From the human T2T-CHM13v2.0 reference genome, Homo sapiens: a stretch of DNA of 64,000 nt. Below are positions 59,081 to 64,000 of this stretch, in pieces (the first letter of the stretch is position 1; each line of letters starts with the position of its first letter). The stretch lies in the NCBI RefSeq assembly GCF_009914755.1, contig NC_060929.1. The stretch is one strand, 5' to 3'. The position numbers and the translations under genes are program-made. A model generated the notes under the pieces. It worked only from the letters and a program-made list of their open reading frames with translations, was not told the origin of the DNA and did not search any database.

Positions 59081-60438
59081 GGTAGAATAGCATAGAAAGT
59101 CTCAGAGTGCCTTGCATGTGGTGAGGCTAAGGTGTCATTCTTACATACTCATTCACACGCATATACACACGTGTATGTGTGTCAGCATGTGTGAGTGTGT
59201 ATCTATGTGTAATATTTTATACATTTCTCATTGTTACTGTTGAAAAGACTTGAAAGCCTCTGGTCGAAGGGCAGGCTACAGAGTTCTGAGCCCAGAAACA
59301 GGCTGTTATTGCTTGTCTAGAATGACTCTGTGAACTTAGACCAGATCTCACCCTGCCTTTTTGCAAACACTAGGGTGATTTAGCAAATGCGGCTGTAATA
59401 AGCAAAGGGTGAGAAAACTCAGAGACAGGCCCCTTGCTCAGTGATTGACTCAGAGCCTGGAGACCAGTGGACATGCTGATCTACAGTGAGTGGTGGTGGT
59501 TTCCATTTCCAGTGGTGGCAACTGCAGCCTCAGTAGCAGCAATGGTTCCCATTTATTGTGAGTCTCTTGGGTAGCAAACTCTTTATTCTGCTCTTTACTT
59601 TCCTTATACCATTTGAATTTCACAGCAAAACCATGGGATAGCTATTATTATTCCCATGATATGCATGAGAGAACAGGCTTCTGAGGACCAAATCAATCAC
59701 ACAAAAAGCGTTTTATGAGAGCTGTTTATCAGGTGCTTAGAGAGAGGCAAGGCAAGGTACAATGACCCTTGCTCCTAGAACTTAAAAACTTATTTTGAGA
59801 AGTTTGAGTCTGGAAAACTGCACTCTAGCTCATGAGAATCTCTGAGGAATAAATCATTTGCTTTCCTTCTCCCAAATCCTCTGACTCATTCCATTTCTCC
59901 CCAGCCAAAGGCTGGCAGAATGAAGAAAAGTGATAAAATTGTACTCTTTTCCCTGGTTAAAGAAAGGGACCATATTGGAAATCAACTCCCACAAGGAGAA
60001 TTTTAATTGCAAATTGGGATATCACACCCAGCTTCAGTCAGTCAACACATATTGCCTATGAAAGCATTGATATTAATACCAACTGTTCCCTGGTCTTTTA
60101 CTATGTGCCTATCTTTATGCTAAGTAAGTCATGTACCTACCATTTAGTCTTCAAAACTACCCTATGGAAAGGGAACTATTTTTGTCCCCATTTTCCAGAT
60201 GAGGGAACCAAGGTGTGAGAGGACGGTAACTTGCCCAAGGTGAGATGGCTGATGAGTGGTGAGACCTGGGCTTTGAACCCATCTCAGTCAGACCCCAGAG
60301 CCAGAGCTTTTACCCACCAAACAATAATGATTTCTCCATGATGTCTGAGGTACCATTTATGAAAGGGTGGGGATTAAACAAAAGTGTCAATGCCACTGCA
60401 CTCCAGTCTGGGTGACAGACTGAGAGCCAGTCTCTCTC

Positions 60439-60730
60439 TTTTTTTTTTTTTTTTTTTTTGAGACGGAGTCTCACTTTATTGCCCAGGCTGTGATCTTGGC
60501 TCACTGCAACCTCTGCCTCCTGGGTTCAAGTGATTCTACCGCCTCAGTCTCCTGAGTAGCTGGGACTACAGATGCCTGCCATCACGGGGCTGGCTATTTT
60601 TTAAATTTTTAGTAGAGACAGGGTTTCACCATGTTGGCCAGGATGATCTGGAACTCCTGGCCTCAAGTGATCTACCTGCCTCTCGGCCTGCCAAAATGCT
60701 GGGATTACAAGCTTGAGCCATTGCACCCAG
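60439..60730 (-). mobile_element. Antisense Alu nested in a short sense Alu 3' fragment (60391-60774)
   Basis: Duplicated gagagccagtctct / gagacccagtctct flanks; the outer fragment carries its own polyA at 60748-60774. Confidence 0.88.
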
Positions 60731-60743
60731 TGGAGACCCAGTC

Positions 60744-60776
<33 letters not shown>

Positions 60777-61307
60777 TATCAGTGATCTCTGTCTGCCCTC
60801 AAGGAGGCTTAAGCACTGTTGAGAAGTTAAGGAATACACAAATGGAAACATAGTTAATGATACCTTGCTGCAGTTTAGGAGGGGCAGAAGGAATATTAGG
60901 ATTCGTGGCAGGAGAGATTGCTAGGACTGAGCTGGGCAGAGTGAGTTGGGATTGGATGAGCACAGAAGAGGAGTTGGTCCTAGTGATGATGGAACAGACT
61001 TTAGACTCCTCAGTTCAGAGCAGAGAGTATAGTTTCCTCAGTTGAACAGAGTGGATCCCCATTTAGAAACTCTGAGGCCTTCAGCAAGTTATTTAACTTT
61101 ACTAAGCCTCAGTTTCCTCATCTGTGATATGCAGATAATATCCATCTCAGAGGGCTGCTGGTAGGATTTAGTGTATCTAAAGTGCTAGGGAAAAGGAGGC
61201 ATCTACTACTTTCCCCTCTACCCAGTAGGTTTAGTTCAATTTTCCAGTAGGGTAGGCTTGCATCCTCTCTATGACTTTACCATTGAAGATCTTAGAAAGA
61301 GCCCTAC

Positions 61308-61512
61308 CTGCTGTGAGAAGCCCTTCACGACACGTCTTTGCTTGAGGTTTGTCTCTCCATCCAAGCTGGCAGTTTCCAGATGGCATATCCCATTGGGGTC
61401 AGAGGAAAAAAGGAGGAGTATGTCTGCTGGGACAATCTCATTGCATTTCATTTGGATGAAGTCTCCCACACGCACATCCTTCCAGCACTTCTGCACATAG
61501 GTCTGCTCTTTT
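61308..61512 (-). CDS. ATP10B: ATP10B coding exon (~exon 7, 205 nt): [17 protein letters not shown]...[20 protein letters not shown] domain
   Basis: Acceptor ctctcacccaag|A, donor CAG|gtaggg; DGET dephosphorylation motif; overlaps ORF 61269..61496. Confidence 0.96.
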
Positions 61513-61729
61513 CTTGGGTGAGAGAAAGACAGGGTGTGAGTGAGCTTTAAGTTTCCTCAGAACACTAATGAAAGAATAGAGGAAGGTCCCACCAGCACCT
61601 AACTATCCACCAAGTCAGCCTGTCATGAGATTGCCTTGTATTCTACCTTACCCCTGAATGACCACCTCATAATCTCTCTAGAATAGCTAGGCATAATCTA
61701 CAGAATCTCATTAGTAAAGATCTGTCTTT

Positions 61730-62114
<385 letters not shown>

Positions 62115-62810
62115 TCAGCCCTTGCTTCCTTAAAAGATAAAAATTTTAAAGGAGAAGGTAACTGTATTGTCATATTAATATGGTTCTACTGTTAATATCC
62201 ACTATTTACCAGAATAGCCAGTTATTACCAAAGAAAATAGAGTTTCAGGGAACTGGGATATGGGAAAGATTGTTTTTGATTATAAGGAGAGTGACGATAG
62301 GAAAGGCGAGGATCTCTGCCACTGTCTAGGAAGATCCGGAGCCACACTGAAACAGAACACTCTGGGCAGTCCAGGAATTAGGAGGATGCTACCAGGAGTT
62401 TTGATGAAATGAGACCTCACAGTAACTGTGGAATTAGAGGGCCGAAGAAATCTGAGGAAATCTGAGGAAATTATTTTATCTTCCTATCCAATTTATCAAG
62501 CTGAGATAATAGTGACAGGAACAATGACAAATTTAGCATTTCTTACCTGCCAAGCACTTGTGTTCATTAACATTTCATTTACTTTGCATAATAACCCACA
62601 GGAGTAGATATTATCATACCCATTTCACAAGTGAGGTAATTGGGGGTCAAAAGAAATTTTTCAAAGTCTCACAAAAACAGAGCTGGAACCTGAACCTGGG
62701 TCCAGCCCGACACCAAAACCCACAGTTTTTGCTGCTTGGGTGTACTACCTCCCTGCAGCCTCAGCCTTCCCACCTCCAGCTAAGGAACTCCCCACTTCTC
62801 AAGGCAATGC

Positions 62811-62814
<4 letters not shown>

Positions 62815-62841
<27 letters not shown>

Positions 62842-63122
62842 GAGACAGAGTCTTGCTCTGTTGCCCAGGCTGGAGTGCAGTTGTACGATCTTGGCTCACT
62901 GCAACCTCTGTCTCCCGGGGTCAAGTGATCCTCCTGCCTCAGCCTCCTGAGTAGCTGGGATTACAGGCACCTGCCACCATGTCCAGCTAATTTTTGTATT
63001 TTTAGTAGAGATGGGGTTTCACCATATTGGCCAGGCTGGTCTCAAACTCCTGACCTCAAGTGATCCTCCTGTCTCGGCCTCCCAAAGTGCTGGGATTACA
63101 GGCGTGAGCTACTGCTCCTGGC
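62815..63122 (-). mobile_element. AluS
   Basis: Full antisense Alu with polyT. Confidence 0.97.
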
Positions 63123-64000
63123 TGCATTGTATTTTCAAAGAACTCTCATTTCAGAAAGTCTTCCTTCTGCCTAACCAAATATTTAAACAGTTCTGCTCTT
63201 CCAGGTAATACGGTCTATTCCACCTTCTACCATTCTTTAAATATTTTAAGGCATTCATCAGGTGTCCCATGAAGACTTTTGGGTGTGCCAAGCCAAATTT
63301 AACTTTCCAGGTGCCCTCAATTATTCCTCATGTGACACAGTTTCAAGATCTGTTCCGGAGGTGTGGGCTCATCTGTCTGCATTTGGAAATGTCCTGCTTT
63401 AAGTGTGGGATGTGAAACCAAACTAATATCCCACATGTGGTCTTTCTAACTGAGCCCAGCTGGCTTGAAGCTGGGTGCCTCTGAAGGCAGCCAGACTGGG
63501 AGAAGCAAGCTTTCCTTTGCTGGGCTTCTTCACTGATGCTGAGCCCCTCTGGGCATGTTCTTGTTTCTGTTTCTGCTGGAATCTGAGCTGCACTGGGCAT
63601 GACACGTCTACTCTTCCACAGAGAAAGAGTTGTGAATAGAATTCCAGTTTTCTCCTTTGACATCACAAAAGTCCCTGAGGAGGAAGAGGGTTTTGGTGTC
63701 TTCCTCCCCGCCTGGAGGCCCTCTGGAGAATCTCAGACAAGTCTTCCTAAGATCCAATCTTCCTGGTTATAAAAGATCTTCTCAGAAGACTTCCCCAGCC
63801 ACCTGAAATAAAGGTGCTTCCATTTGGAAGACCAAGTCTATAAAATAAACAGGGACATTGGAATTGGGGAGCAACTTTAGAACTCGAAAGAACCACAGGG
63901 TTCTGTGGAAGTGCTCTGTGGCTCTGGGAGCTCAGTGCAGCAGACACGGTGAAATGTCATCCAAATGACTATTGAGACCCCTTCTGAGGATTCTGGGGGT

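Overview
This is eukaryotic (human or closely related primate) genomic DNA, not microbial. The window is the interior of ATP10B, a P4-type ATPase phospholipid/glucosylceramide flippase, transcribed on the minus strand. I mapped 12 consecutive coding exons by hand (61512 down to 3336, 2368 coding nt). All have GT-AG boundaries and consistent phases, and together encode about aa 157-946: A-domain DGET, TM3-TM4 with PISL, phosphorylation motif DKTGT, N domain, and the P-domain TGDK motif. Exon and residue numbers come from my recollection of the RefSeq/UniProt model. The introns hold ordinary primate repeats: Alus, two truncated L1PA copies, MLT1/MER41/other LTRs, MER DNA transposons, L2, MIR and a (CCAT)n tract. 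I found no CRISPR, operon or new protein family. The most unusual observations are RNA-processing and structural: (1) a perfect 17-bp hairpin with the exon-18 5' splice site in its 7-nt loop; (2) a 1.75-kb AT-rich palindromic 33-bp minisatellite inside the linker of one TSD-flanked Alu; (3) a strong upstream 3' splice site that would add 58 in-frame residues to exon 15; (4) an exon-12 read-through isoform whose first canonical polyA signal lies in an antisense L1; (5) inverted Alus flanking exon 7.
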